DNA of 38,268 nucleotides from Candidatus Bathyarchaeota archaeon (GCA_020346825.1 CP070791.1:1128887-1167154), one strand, 5' to 3'; positions 27,300 to 35,006 are shown, numbered from the stretch's first letter. The notes: generated by a model from the letters alone, not told the origin. Numbers and translations are program-made.

Positions 27300-28133
27300 G
27301 TGTTGAATAAAGTTAATGTAGCTCTTGCGCAAATGATGTGCAAAGTTGGAAGCAAAAAAAGCAATCTAGATATAATGAAAAGGAATATTGAACAAGCAAA
27401 GAAAAGGAACGCAAATCTCGTTATTTTTCCAGAGCTCTCATTAACAGGCTACTCGAATCGAGATCTTACATACGAGTTGGCTGAGTCCGTTCCAGGCCCT
27501 TCCACTCGTTTTCTAGAGGAGATAGCAAAGAAAGAGGAGCTATACGTAGTGTTTGGAATGCCGGAACATAGCGAAAAAGCACGCGCAGTTCTATTCAATA
27601 CCGCGGTTTTGTTGGGTCCTAACGGATTGATCGGCAAGTACCGAAAGATGCACTTGCCAACTCACAGCGTTTTCGAAGAAAAACGCTATTTTCGACTAGG
27701 ATATAAGGCACCAATTTTCGAAACAGAAATCGGAAAAATTGGTTTAACGATTTGTTATGATCTGTTTTTCCCGGAAATGTCCCGTTTGCTGAGAATGCAA
27801 GGTTCACAACTCATAATCTGTATATCCGCCTCGCCAGGCGTGAGGAGCAGGTTCTTTGAGGTATTCACCGTCGCGAGGGCCATTGAAAACACCGTTTTTC
27901 TAATCTATGTGAACCTTGTTGGAGTTGAAAACGGGCTACAATTTTGGGGAGGAAGCAGAATAATAGACCCCCGTGGAAACCTCCTCACTAAGGCCAAGTA
28001 TGATGAAGAAGATTTAGTAGTAGGTCACATTGACTACTCAGATTTAGAACATACAGAAACCTTTGTACCCACGCTTCGCGACTTAAGACCCGAACTATTC
28101 GCCTCCTTACGTGATCACGCAGAAACCCTTTGA
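27300..28133 (+). CDS. carbon-nitrogen hydrolase (nitrilase superfamily), candidate glutaminase partner of NadE
   Basis: VALAQM...LVIFPELSLTGY supplies the catalytic Glu, YRKMHLP the Lys and GLTICYDLFFPE the Cys. It lies 44 nt downstream of nadE on the same strand. Confidence 0.88.
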   Translation: MLNKVNVALAQMMCKVGSKKSNLDIMKRNIEQAKKRNANLVIFPELSLTGYSNRDLTYELAESVPGPSTRFLEEIAKKEELYVVFGMPEHSEKARAVLFNTAVLLGPNGLIGKYRKMHLPTHSVFEEKRYFRLGYKAPIFETEIGKIGLTICYDLFFPEMSRLLRMQGSQLIICISASPGVRSRFFEVFTVARAIENTVFLIYVNLVGVENGLQFWGGSRIIDPRGNLLTKAKYDEEDLVVGHIDYSDLEHTETFVPTLRDLRPELFASLRDHAETL

Positions 28134-28208
28134 GACATACCTGCCCGCGTAGATAGACCTCAAGATCTGCCTGATAAAGAGCTCCTACCTAAGGCCTGTC
28201 ACGGTTTT

Positions 28209-28265
28209 GGTGCTTGTGATAATCACACGTGATCTTCTTGTGATCAAAGAGATCACAAAAGCACC
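28209..28265. promoter_or_regulatory. compound palindromic operator-like element (TGTGAT/ATCACA half-sites nested in the GGTGCTT/AAGCACC inverted repeat)
   Basis: The sequence is GGTGCTTGTGATAATCACACGTGATCTTCTTGTGATCAAAGAGATCACAAAAGCACC. TGTGAT-A-ATCACA is at 28215-28227, GTGATC at 28229-28234, and TGTGATC-N5-GATCACA at 28239-28257. A TATA-like GATAAAGA lies about 35 nt upstream. Confidence 0.6.
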
Positions 28266-28631
28266 CCTTTGGAAGTTGTTCTCGCGAAAGGCTGTTACGC
28301 CCGGAACATCGCAATATCAATTGAACCCACGAAAAAAAAAGGGGCGTGTTATGTCGCTATATTCTCCTGGCTGGAAACTAAAACTTTGCGTTTTTTGTGA
28401 CTGTTGGTTCCAAACAGTGAATGCAACCGAAATAAACTGTATGAGCAGAAAAGAAACAAAGAACCAAGAGAAGGCAATCCACAATCTCGCGTAAGATGTT
28501 TGAAAACAGCGTGTTTAGGTGCTCAAAGCTTCAATTATATAAGAAGTTCCCAGGTATTTACGCATTCTCATACATTGTGGCCCAGGCACCCGCGCAAGAA
28601 CCCATTAATGACGAAACCATAAATCTTTAGT

Positions 28632-29159
28632 ATGCGCGTATACAAAAGCGTATCCCTCAGACACTCCTCCGGGGGAAAAAGGTTGCGCTCAAAAGAAAGG
28701 GCCCAAAAGTGGATAAAAAGCTTACTAGAAGATCCAATTGCGAAGGTGCTGGCAAAAAACAGCACTCTAACCAAAACACAGCTAGAAACGCTTCTAATCG
28801 ACTATCTAGCCGAAAGTCTGTCTGGAAAAGAACTAAAATACGACGAGAAGGCTAGATTAAGGATTTCGGCCGTGAGTCGTGGCGCTTTCAACAGAACTCT
28901 GCGGCAAGCCAGATGGAATGTCATCCAATCCCTCTACACGATCTTCCTTCTAGGATATTTGGGGGTTTTTGAGGACACGCGATTGGATCATTATCTAGAG
29001 GTTTCAAACAAACTAAAAACCTACATGAAGGCCCGCAGAAACCTCGTAACAAAAGAGGGGACAAACCAACACTTGAAAATCATAAGCGCATTACATGAAG
29101 AACTTAAAACAAGCCTAGAACACTTATCTAAACCAAGAACCAGGTCAAGCAAACTGTGA
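28632..29159 (+). CDS. orphan small DNA-binding protein (sigma-70 region 4 / Tfx-like HTH, tentative)
   Basis: The 175-aa ORF starts with ATG and has a basic N-terminus. LSGKELKYDEKARLRISAVSRGAFNRTLRQARWNVIQSL resembles an r4/LuxR/Tfx-type HTH. This is pattern recollection, not a search. Its stop codon lies inside the palindrome TGTGATATCACA. Confidence 0.6.
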   Translation: MRVYKSVSLRHSSGGKRLRSKERAQKWIKSLLEDPIAKVLAKNSTLTKTQLETLLIDYLAESLSGKELKYDEKARLRISAVSRGAFNRTLRQARWNVIQSLYTIFLLGYLGVFEDTRLDHYLEVSNKLKTYMKARRNLVTKEGTNQHLKIISALHEELKTSLEHLSKPRTRSSKL

Positions 29160-29173
29160 TATCACACATCACA
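29155..29173. promoter_or_regulatory. perfect 12-bp palindrome TGTGATATCACA plus a third ATCACA half-site
   Basis: The sequence is TGTGATATCACACATCACA. It overlaps the TGA stop (29157-29159) of the preceding CDS. Confidence 0.55.
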
Positions 29174-29412
29174 GTGTTGTTACAACAGAAGATTTGCAGG
29201 CGCATAAAAACCAACGATCCCAGAGACAGAGAAACTCAATTTTATGGAGTCGCGTTCGGCGGTTTTTGAGGTTATATTTGGCGTCCTTTTTAAAAATAAA
29301 GCGTCTTTCGCGTTACTTCGGTTCGAAAGAGTTACCAAGTATAGGTGCAACAGTGGAAAGGAACTATGTCAAGGCGTGCCTTCTTCAAGGAGGGAGTTTT
29401 TCAAGGAATGGG

Positions 29413-29550
29413 TGTGATATGTGATGTCACGGCTACAAAGGTCTTCGTGCTCCCCAATTTAACATAAAACTTAAGTTTATGCATATAATAATGTGATGTG
29501 TGATCAGGCTATGGAGATCACATGGTATCACATACGAATCACAAGTGATC
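29413..29550. promoter_or_regulatory. array of eight TGTGAT(C)/(G)ATCACA-type sites around a TATA-like box, upstream of the 29618 gene
   Basis: TGTGAT is at 29413 and 29420. TGTGAT is at 29492 and TGTGATC at 29499. GATCACA is at 29516, and ATCACA at 29527 and 29538. GTGATC is at 29545. The TATA-like GCATATAATAA is at 29481-29491. An SD-like GGGAGAGGTG lies at 29600-29609, before the ATG at 29618. Confidence 0.6.
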
Positions 29551-29617
29551 CTACGCCTTTTTTTCCACTTCACAAAGCATCTCCAATTCATCCTAAAAGA
29601 GGGAGAGGTGCGGCCTT

Positions 29618-30328
29618 ATGTATCCAGACCTTCTTTTGATTGTCGTATCCGCTCTGTTGCTCATCACGATTGGAGTGTCTGCCCTCTATTACGCGCGAAT
29701 AAAGGAGGTTCGAGAGGAATATGACACGGCAAAGAACACAGTGCGTGATGTTGTCTCGAGCTTCAACAGGCAATTTCAGAGACAAGAGGACAAACTCCAT
29801 GCCGTTACTCATAAGATAGAGGCCCTCTCTTTATATAACGAAAAAGGCGTGATGACGGTAGAAACAGTTGGTGAACAATTAGCGACTCTTGCAGACAGAA
29901 TTGAAGATGCCAAAAAAATCGAAAGAAAAGTGTCTACACAAATTCAAGATATGAACAAGAAGATTGATGATGTAAAAAGGGACCAAAACAAGGCAACCCA
30001 AAGAATCAATGAAGTTGAAAAAGTGAAATATCGATCACTCGTGTCCGAAGCAAAAATAGAAGCGGCTATCCCAATCAAAAAGGAAAAGGCCTTGGCTCCT
30101 TTAACGGAAACCGAACTGATGGCGCTTGAAATCGTCGCTGGAGAGGGTGAGAAGACGGCGCCAGAAATCAGAGAAAGAATAGGACTGACAAGGGAACATA
30201 CTGCGCGCCTAATGAAAAAGCTCTATGAAGCTGGTTATTTGGAAAGGGACACTCATAAGATGCCATATACCTACCGCCTAAAGGAAGAAATGCGGAAAAT
30301 CCTAAAGAAGAGGGAAGCCAAGACCTAG
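29618..30328 (+). CDS. membrane-anchored coiled-coil protein with C-terminal MarR/TrmB-like winged helix
   Basis: The 236-aa product has one N-terminal TM helix (LLLIVVSALLLITIGVSALYYA) and a charged heptad-like region of about 150 aa. The C-terminal wHTH is LTETELMALEIVAGEGEKTAPEIRERIGLTREHTARLMKKLYEAGYLERD. Confidence 0.7.
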   Translation: MYPDLLLIVVSALLLITIGVSALYYARIKEVREEYDTAKNTVRDVVSSFNRQFQRQEDKLHAVTHKIEALSLYNEKGVMTVETVGEQLATLADRIEDAKKIERKVSTQIQDMNKKIDDVKRDQNKATQRINEVEKVKYRSLVSEAKIEAAIPIKKEKALAPLTETELMALEIVAGEGEKTAPEIRERIGLTREHTARLMKKLYEAGYLERDTHKMPYTYRLKEEMRKILKKREAKT

Positions 30329-30438
30329 CCCTCGGCTTTAGCAACCAAAGAAGTTCCTGCCGCTTCCTTTCATCCCAAAAAATATCAAAAGAGCAGGTGC
30401 TTTGGAGCTGAAGGGGCATTACCGGTTGGGGTTTCCTT

Positions 30439-30879
30439 CTATCTATTACCTTTCACAAAACTTGATCCTTTGGATATGTTGGTAAGAATCCGGAACCGTC
30501 GGCGATTAGAGCCTCTGTTTTTGGCGAGGAGTCCGCGATTAGTCATTCTAGACAAATATGTCGAAACAGTACTCAGGCTAACGGGTTCTCTAAACTCTTC
30601 TTCATACGCAAATTGAATATCCTTAGAAGAAAACCACCCAATTGGGAACCGTCTTTCAACTACCAAACGAAGTTTATCAATTTTGGATAACTCCGATGGA
30701 GATGTATTCCACCCGATATTTGCGGTGGGCGCTCCTCCTAGTAGTTCAACTAGATCCAGTAGTTGAAGAGCCTTTTCCCTTGTCACTCTACCTTCAAAAG
30801 TTATGGTATACCGCTCTCCTATGCCAGTATAGATTTCTACACGTATTTTTCTAGCAGGCATCTCACTCATCCACAACAT
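30439..30879 (-). CDS. orphan winged-helix protein (N-terminal beta-rich domain + C-terminal wHTH)
   Basis: The ORF is about 146 aa and the C-terminal half has PVSLSTVSTYLSRMTNRGLLAKNRGSNRRRFRIL. Candidate starts are ATG 30879, 30870 and 30861. It is transcribed away from oriC. Confidence 0.6.
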   Translation of the reverse strand: MLWMSEMPARKIRVEIYTGIGERYTITFEGRVTREKALQLLDLVELLGGAPTANIGWNTSPSELSKIDKLRLVVERRFPIGWFSSKDIQFAYEEEFREPVSLSTVSTYLSRMTNRGLLAKNRGSNRRRFRILTNISKGSSFVKGNR

Positions 30880-30892
30880 CAAGAGTTTTTAC

Positions 30893-30912
30893 AAGTTAAC
30901 ACTTCACAAGTT
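30893..30912 (+). repeat. copy A of a 18-20-bp direct repeat, AAGTTAAC(AC)TTCACAAGTT
   Basis: AAGTTAACACTTCACAAGTT matches 31155-31172 (AAGTTAACTTCACAAGTT) apart from a 2-nt indel. Confidence 0.7.
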
Positions 30913-31062
30913 ATAGGACTTACGGTGAAGAAGTTATGGAAGAAGAACCCGAGAAATAGCCTTAAAATAGAAACTAACGTAAATTTGCATTTTATTAGGT
31001 TTACAAACTTCACACCCGCTTGTTTTTCTAAAACGAAGAATAAAGGTTCCGTGAACTCCGTT

Positions 31063-31085
31063 TTCCAGTAGAAATCCAGGGGTCG
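31063..31085 (+). promoter_or_regulatory. origin recognition box ORB-1
   Basis: TTCCAGTAGAAATCCAGGGGTCG shares the TCCA-N3-GAAAT-N2-AGGGGT core with the two other boxes. Confidence 0.75.
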
Positions 31086-31154
31086 TCTCTTTACACAAAA
31101 CGATACAAAATAGAGTTAATTTTCAGGTGAAGAAAGAAAAAAGGAGATATCCAA

Positions 31155-31172
31155 AAGTTAACTTCACAAGTT
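31155..31172 (+). repeat. copy B of the direct repeat AAGTTAACTTCACAAGTT
   Basis: See copy A. It contains the 10-bp palindrome AAGTTAACTT. Confidence 0.7.
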
Positions 31173-31286
31173 TTCACGATTAGTCAACTGTTTGTATAAC
31201 AAAATTCAGATTGCAAGGTGAGTATTCAACATAATACTGTGTGTCTTCATGACTCTTTTTATGTTTCTTTGACGAGAACAACACTT

Positions 31287-31309
31287 CCACCCCTCTATTT
31301 CCTTTGGAC
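31287..31309 (-). promoter_or_regulatory. origin recognition box ORB-2 (inverted)
   Basis: The reverse complement reads GTCCAAAGGAAATAGAGGGGTGG. Confidence 0.75.
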
Positions 31310-31469
31310 TTGCTAACTGGACACTAAATCTTTGACTGATTTTTTGCCAAAAAAACATATGATATACTCTAAAATATTTTATAATAAATATTAAGTATAA
31401 AGAAATTTTATAACCAGCGGAGTCTTATTCTTTCAGAATTTACTTTACACTTCTTTTTACGAGACTTAT

Positions 31470-31492
31470 TTCCAGCGGAAATTTAGGGGTGT
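31470..31492 (+). promoter_or_regulatory. origin recognition box ORB-3
   Basis: The sequence is TTCCAGCGGAAATTTAGGGGTGT. A degenerate partial copy (ACCAGCGGAGTC) lies at about 31414-31425. Confidence 0.75.
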
Positions 31493-31668
31493 GAGAGTGA
31501 AAAGGCGTGGGTTCTTTGTCAACATTCTTCTTCAATTCGTTTTTCTAGTAAATTACGGGTTGACTTTAGGTTTCTTTGTGATTTGTCTAATTTTTTCTAT
31601 GATAGTTCTTATCTATTGGAGTTGAAACGGAGGTATTACCTCTGCAACTCCCTGCAGGTGACCATTAC

Positions 31669-32919
31669 ATGGATGAACCTAGCATGATTGACACTGTTTT
31701 TGAACGATTTCTAAAAGGTACTCATATTTTTAGGAACAGAGACGTGCTACGCCACGATTATGTTCCCCATAAGCTTCCACATCGTGAAAAACAGATTCAT
31801 TGTCTGGGCGAAATAGTAGCTCCTGTTCTGAAGGGTTCTCGATGTTCCAATGTCTTTATCTACGGCAAAACGGGTACAGGAAAAACGGCAGCTACGAAAT
31901 ATGTGCTGAGTAAACTTTCTCAAAAATCAGGTGAATTGAGAGCACCTATTGAGGTTTGTTATGTAAACTGTCACTTGGCTGGCACAGAATATAGGGTCCT
32001 CTCAAGTTTATGTAATGCTTTAGGTGTGAGAGTTCCCTTTACGGGTTTGGCTGTAGGAGAGGTCTTTGATAGATTCAAAAAAGGATTAGATTTACGAAAA
32101 AATATTTTTATTGTTGTTCTTGATGAAATCGATGCACTAATAAAAGCGCGAGGAGACGTGTTACTTTACGAACTAACCAGAGTAAACGAAACTCTTCGTC
32201 ATGGTAGAACATCAATAGTAGGAATATCAAACGACCTTCGATTCAAAGAGTTTCTGGATCCTAGAGTTTTGAGTTCTCTTAGCGAAGAGGAAATAGTTTT
32301 CAGTCCGTATGATGCTGCTGAACTTCAGGATATCCTGTGGGAGCGTTCTCAACTAGCCTTTCTTGAGGGAGTACTTCTTGATAGCGCAGTTGGTCTGTGC
32401 GCTGCCTTGGCTGCTGCGGAACATGGAGACGCTAGAAGAGCTTTAGATCTACTTCGCGTTGCAGGTGAGGTGGCAGAGCGAGAAGGAGCCCCGTGTGTTA
32501 CTGAAGAGCACGTGCGTCAGGCTGAGAAGAGGGTTGAACACAATCGAATTATCGAAGTTTTGGTGAACCTTCCGCTACACTCAAAGTTGGTCCTATCCAG
32601 CGTTTACTTGTTGGGCAAGGCCAAGGTTAGTTGCGCCATCACTGGCGACATTTATGAGATTTATTGCGAGCTCTGTGATCAGTTTAGCCTTTCTCCGTTG
32701 ACTCAGAGGAGGGTTAGCGGGTTGATCAACGAATTGGATATGGTGGGGTTGCTGAACGCGCGGGTTGTGAGCATGGGGAGATATGGTCGCACGAAAAAGA
32801 TTCGCTTGGGTATTAACCGCGGTCTAGTTAGAAACGTATTCACTACTGATGATAGACTTGGGCGGTTGATTAATTATGTTCCCAAGTGTTTGGAGGGAGT
32901 TTCGGCTAGTAAGCGTTGA
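31669..32919 (+). CDS. cdc6: Orc1/Cdc6 replication initiator
   Basis: Walker A is IYGKTGTGKTA and Walker B is VVLDEIDAL. Sensor motifs and the DARRALDLLR arginine finger region are present, followed by a C-terminal winged helix. Confidence 0.95.
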   Translation: MDEPSMIDTVFERFLKGTHIFRNRDVLRHDYVPHKLPHREKQIHCLGEIVAPVLKGSRCSNVFIYGKTGTGKTAATKYVLSKLSQKSGELRAPIEVCYVNCHLAGTEYRVLSSLCNALGVRVPFTGLAVGEVFDRFKKGLDLRKNIFIVVLDEIDALIKARGDVLLYELTRVNETLRHGRTSIVGISNDLRFKEFLDPRVLSSLSEEEIVFSPYDAAELQDILWERSQLAFLEGVLLDSAVGLCAALAAAEHGDARRALDLLRVAGEVAEREGAPCVTEEHVRQAEKRVEHNRIIEVLVNLPLHSKLVLSSVYLLGKAKVSCAITGDIYEIYCELCDQFSLSPLTQRRVSGLINELDMVGLLNARVVSMGRYGRTKKIRLGINRGLVRNVFTTDDRLGRLINYVPKCLEGVSASKR

Positions 32920-33122
32920 AGACAGAGGGGATTTAAGTAAATATAACTTGGTAGTGTCCACAACCGTCTTTTTGTGTGCGCGGGGCCTGCGCAGGATTGA
33001 ATTTGGTGAACCCCCCTTGTTTTCGAAAGATTTGAGAAACCCGCAATTGTCCTTGCGAGAGACGCGCATTTGCTGTTGGATTCCTGAACCTATGCGGGTA
33101 GCTAAGGGCATCACGCAAGCAC

Positions 33123-34688
33123 TCACCCATACACCTCTGTAAAATTAATTGTTGAGACGTGCAGTGTTTGGAGATTTACAATTGGCACAATTCCCGGGGT
33201 AGGTATAACTCCCATTCTCTTTTGATAGTCTGTCTGCCCCTGCCAGGCACCAGAGTTGACCAAAAGAGTTCCCCGGTATGTGTCACATTTCAACACATGC
33301 ACATGTCCAGCATGAAAGATGTCTGGCACTCTTTCTATGACTATGAAGTCTTTGGTTTCCGGGGCGATGGGTGTTCTTTCACCATAAATTGGTGCAAGGT
33401 GTCTACTCTGCAACAAAAGCTTCATGGATTTGTTGGGGGTCTGAACGCTTACGTTTGGGGCAACAGCGGCGACATCGTCTAAGCTTCGTCCATGATACAA
33501 AAGTAGTTCAACTTCGTGTAGGCTAATTGTGCAAGGATTTCCGAGAGAATACATCTTTCGCGCTTCATATAGCGGTTCTGCGTAGTCTCGCGGTATTGCT
33601 GGTTGCGGCAACGCCTTTCTGGAAGCGTCATGGTTGCCCGGTATAATTACTACTTCGATATAATCTGGAATTTGTGCGATGAGTTTCGCCACTTCTCGAT
33701 ATTGTTCATAAATATCTTGTATCACCAGTTCTTCCATCTGCCCCGGATAAACACCTATCCCGTCCACGAGATCCCCGGCAATAACTACATATTTAACGTG
33801 GCTGGCCAAGTTTCTTGCGTGTTTGTTTCCAAAGTTTCCGTTCAGCCATGACACAAAGCGGTTGAATTCGTTCTCCATGAACATTTGGCTCCCTGTATGC
33901 AAATCTGATATGAGGGCTGCGTAGACGGGAAGTGACGCTTTATGCGGGGTTTTCTGAGGAACATCTGGCCAGATGAAATCTTTTGCGATAAATAGCTTGT
34001 TCCTTCCTTTTATGGCGCTTACGCAAATAACCTGATCCAATAAGAGAGTTTGGGCTTTTTCCATAGCCTCTTTGCCTATGTTATGGGGAACAAGAACAGT
34101 AACACTGGCTTCCAAATCCTCGAATTTCAAGAAGAGCCGCTTTTTAGACTCCCTCTTTTCCGTGACCATACCGATTATTTTAACTTTTGAATTAACTGGC
34201 GCCTTAAGGGCTTCCGAGATGGGCATGGCACTTTTTGTGTCGATCCTCCGCCTTAGAATTTTCTTTATCTTTTTGAAGCGATCTTGAAAGTACTGTAAAT
34301 ATTCCTCAGCGGATCCTGTCGTGCAGACTTTATCCGTTGGATCATCAAGCACTTTTATGTTGGCATCCGTATCTTTTGCATATGGACGAAAGGATTTCCT
34401 CGTTTCAAGGATGGGTCTCGGAGAACCAGACGAAGCGGGCTTCCCCTTCTGGAAAACGTCTTTAGCCATTTCTTCCAGAAGTTTGCGATCTACGAATAAC
34501 GGGTTTTCAGGCAATCCCGCAAGTTTTTCAATAGTTCTTTCCATCAAACTAAGGGGGTCTTCCTTTTTAGAAAGCGTGGTCAGAAAGTCGAAGGCCTCCT
34601 TGTCTAACTGGTAGCCCGCGGCGATCGTGAAGGAAACCGCTCTTTGGAGCTTCTCACCTTCACTCATAGCGGTCGCCTTCTCCAGCAT
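33123..34688 (-). CDS. polB: DNA polymerase D small subunit DP1 (Mre11-like phosphoesterase exonuclease)
   Basis: The 521-aa product has an OB-fold region (KIIGMVTEKRESKK) and calcineurin-like motifs: ISDLHTGS, VIAGDLVDG, IIPGNHDA and FHAGHVH. Confidence 0.93.
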   Translation of the reverse strand: MLEKATAMSEGEKLQRAVSFTIAAGYQLDKEAFDFLTTLSKKEDPLSLMERTIEKLAGLPENPLFVDRKLLEEMAKDVFQKGKPASSGSPRPILETRKSFRPYAKDTDANIKVLDDPTDKVCTTGSAEEYLQYFQDRFKKIKKILRRRIDTKSAMPISEALKAPVNSKVKIIGMVTEKRESKKRLFLKFEDLEASVTVLVPHNIGKEAMEKAQTLLLDQVICVSAIKGRNKLFIAKDFIWPDVPQKTPHKASLPVYAALISDLHTGSQMFMENEFNRFVSWLNGNFGNKHARNLASHVKYVVIAGDLVDGIGVYPGQMEELVIQDIYEQYREVAKLIAQIPDYIEVVIIPGNHDASRKALPQPAIPRDYAEPLYEARKMYSLGNPCTISLHEVELLLYHGRSLDDVAAVAPNVSVQTPNKSMKLLLQSRHLAPIYGERTPIAPETKDFIVIERVPDIFHAGHVHVLKCDTYRGTLLVNSGAWQGQTDYQKRMGVIPTPGIVPIVNLQTLHVSTINFTEVYG

Positions 34689-35006
34689 CCTTCCGTTGGA
34701 ACAAAGATATTGCCTTCATCCTCATCTCCTACTACCTCTGTTTTTCCCTGCAAGTAAAGATATCCTGTCAACGCCGTCCTACACCCCTTAATATTCCATG
34801 GGAAACCGCGTTTTTAGTTCCCTTTTAGGTAAGTTACGCGAAGGGTCTATCACGAGCAAAACAGGGCTAATCTCCCACAAATCCTGAGACGCCCTAGTCC
34901 TTGTGAAGGTGACAAGTGAAGATCGCCTTTGTTTCTTAGTACGGCATATCCGGTTGGAGTTGTGTCCATCCTAACCAATCTATACATCTTGCGGGCTTTC
35001 TTCACT

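Larger units (their letters stand above)
31063..31492. other. oriC: chromosomal replication origin (oriC) adjacent to orc1/cdc6
   Basis: It contains three ORB-like 23-mers. ORB-2 (-) and ORB-3 (+) are inverted around a strongly AT-rich stretch at about 31320-31460 (for example TTTTTTGCCAAAAAAACATATGATATACTCTAAAATATTTTATAATAAATATTAAGTATAAAGAAATTTTATAA). The region is non-coding and lies directly upstream of orc1/cdc6. Confidence 0.8.

Noticed and set aside
28207-28494. A 95-aa ORF, its internal 47-aa version from ATG 28351 (MSLYSPGWKLKLCVFCDC...), the 76-aa ORF 29194-29424, and an overlapping 57-aa ORF 29244-29417
   Set aside because: There are no recognisable motifs. The long versions start inside the operator-like palindromes, two alternative frames are open over the same DNA, and their stops are supplied by the TGA inside TGTGAT. 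They may be real small proteins, but the sequence alone cannot support a call.
28110-29550. Could the TGTGAT repeats be a CRISPR array or a degenerate mini-array?
   Set aside because: The repeat units are only 6-12 bp and occur in both orientations with irregular 1-11 bp and kb-scale spacings. They also overlap a coding gene. Nothing resembles 24-40-bp repeats with unique spacers, and there are no cas genes.
32920-33122. Possible ncRNA or small genes between convergent cdc6 and DP1 (ORFs 32824-33126, 32876-33142, 32933-33130)
   Set aside because: I see only a T5 tract and a short hairpin (TGCGC-N6-GCGCA) after cdc6. All three overlapping ORFs lack features, so this is most simply a terminator region.
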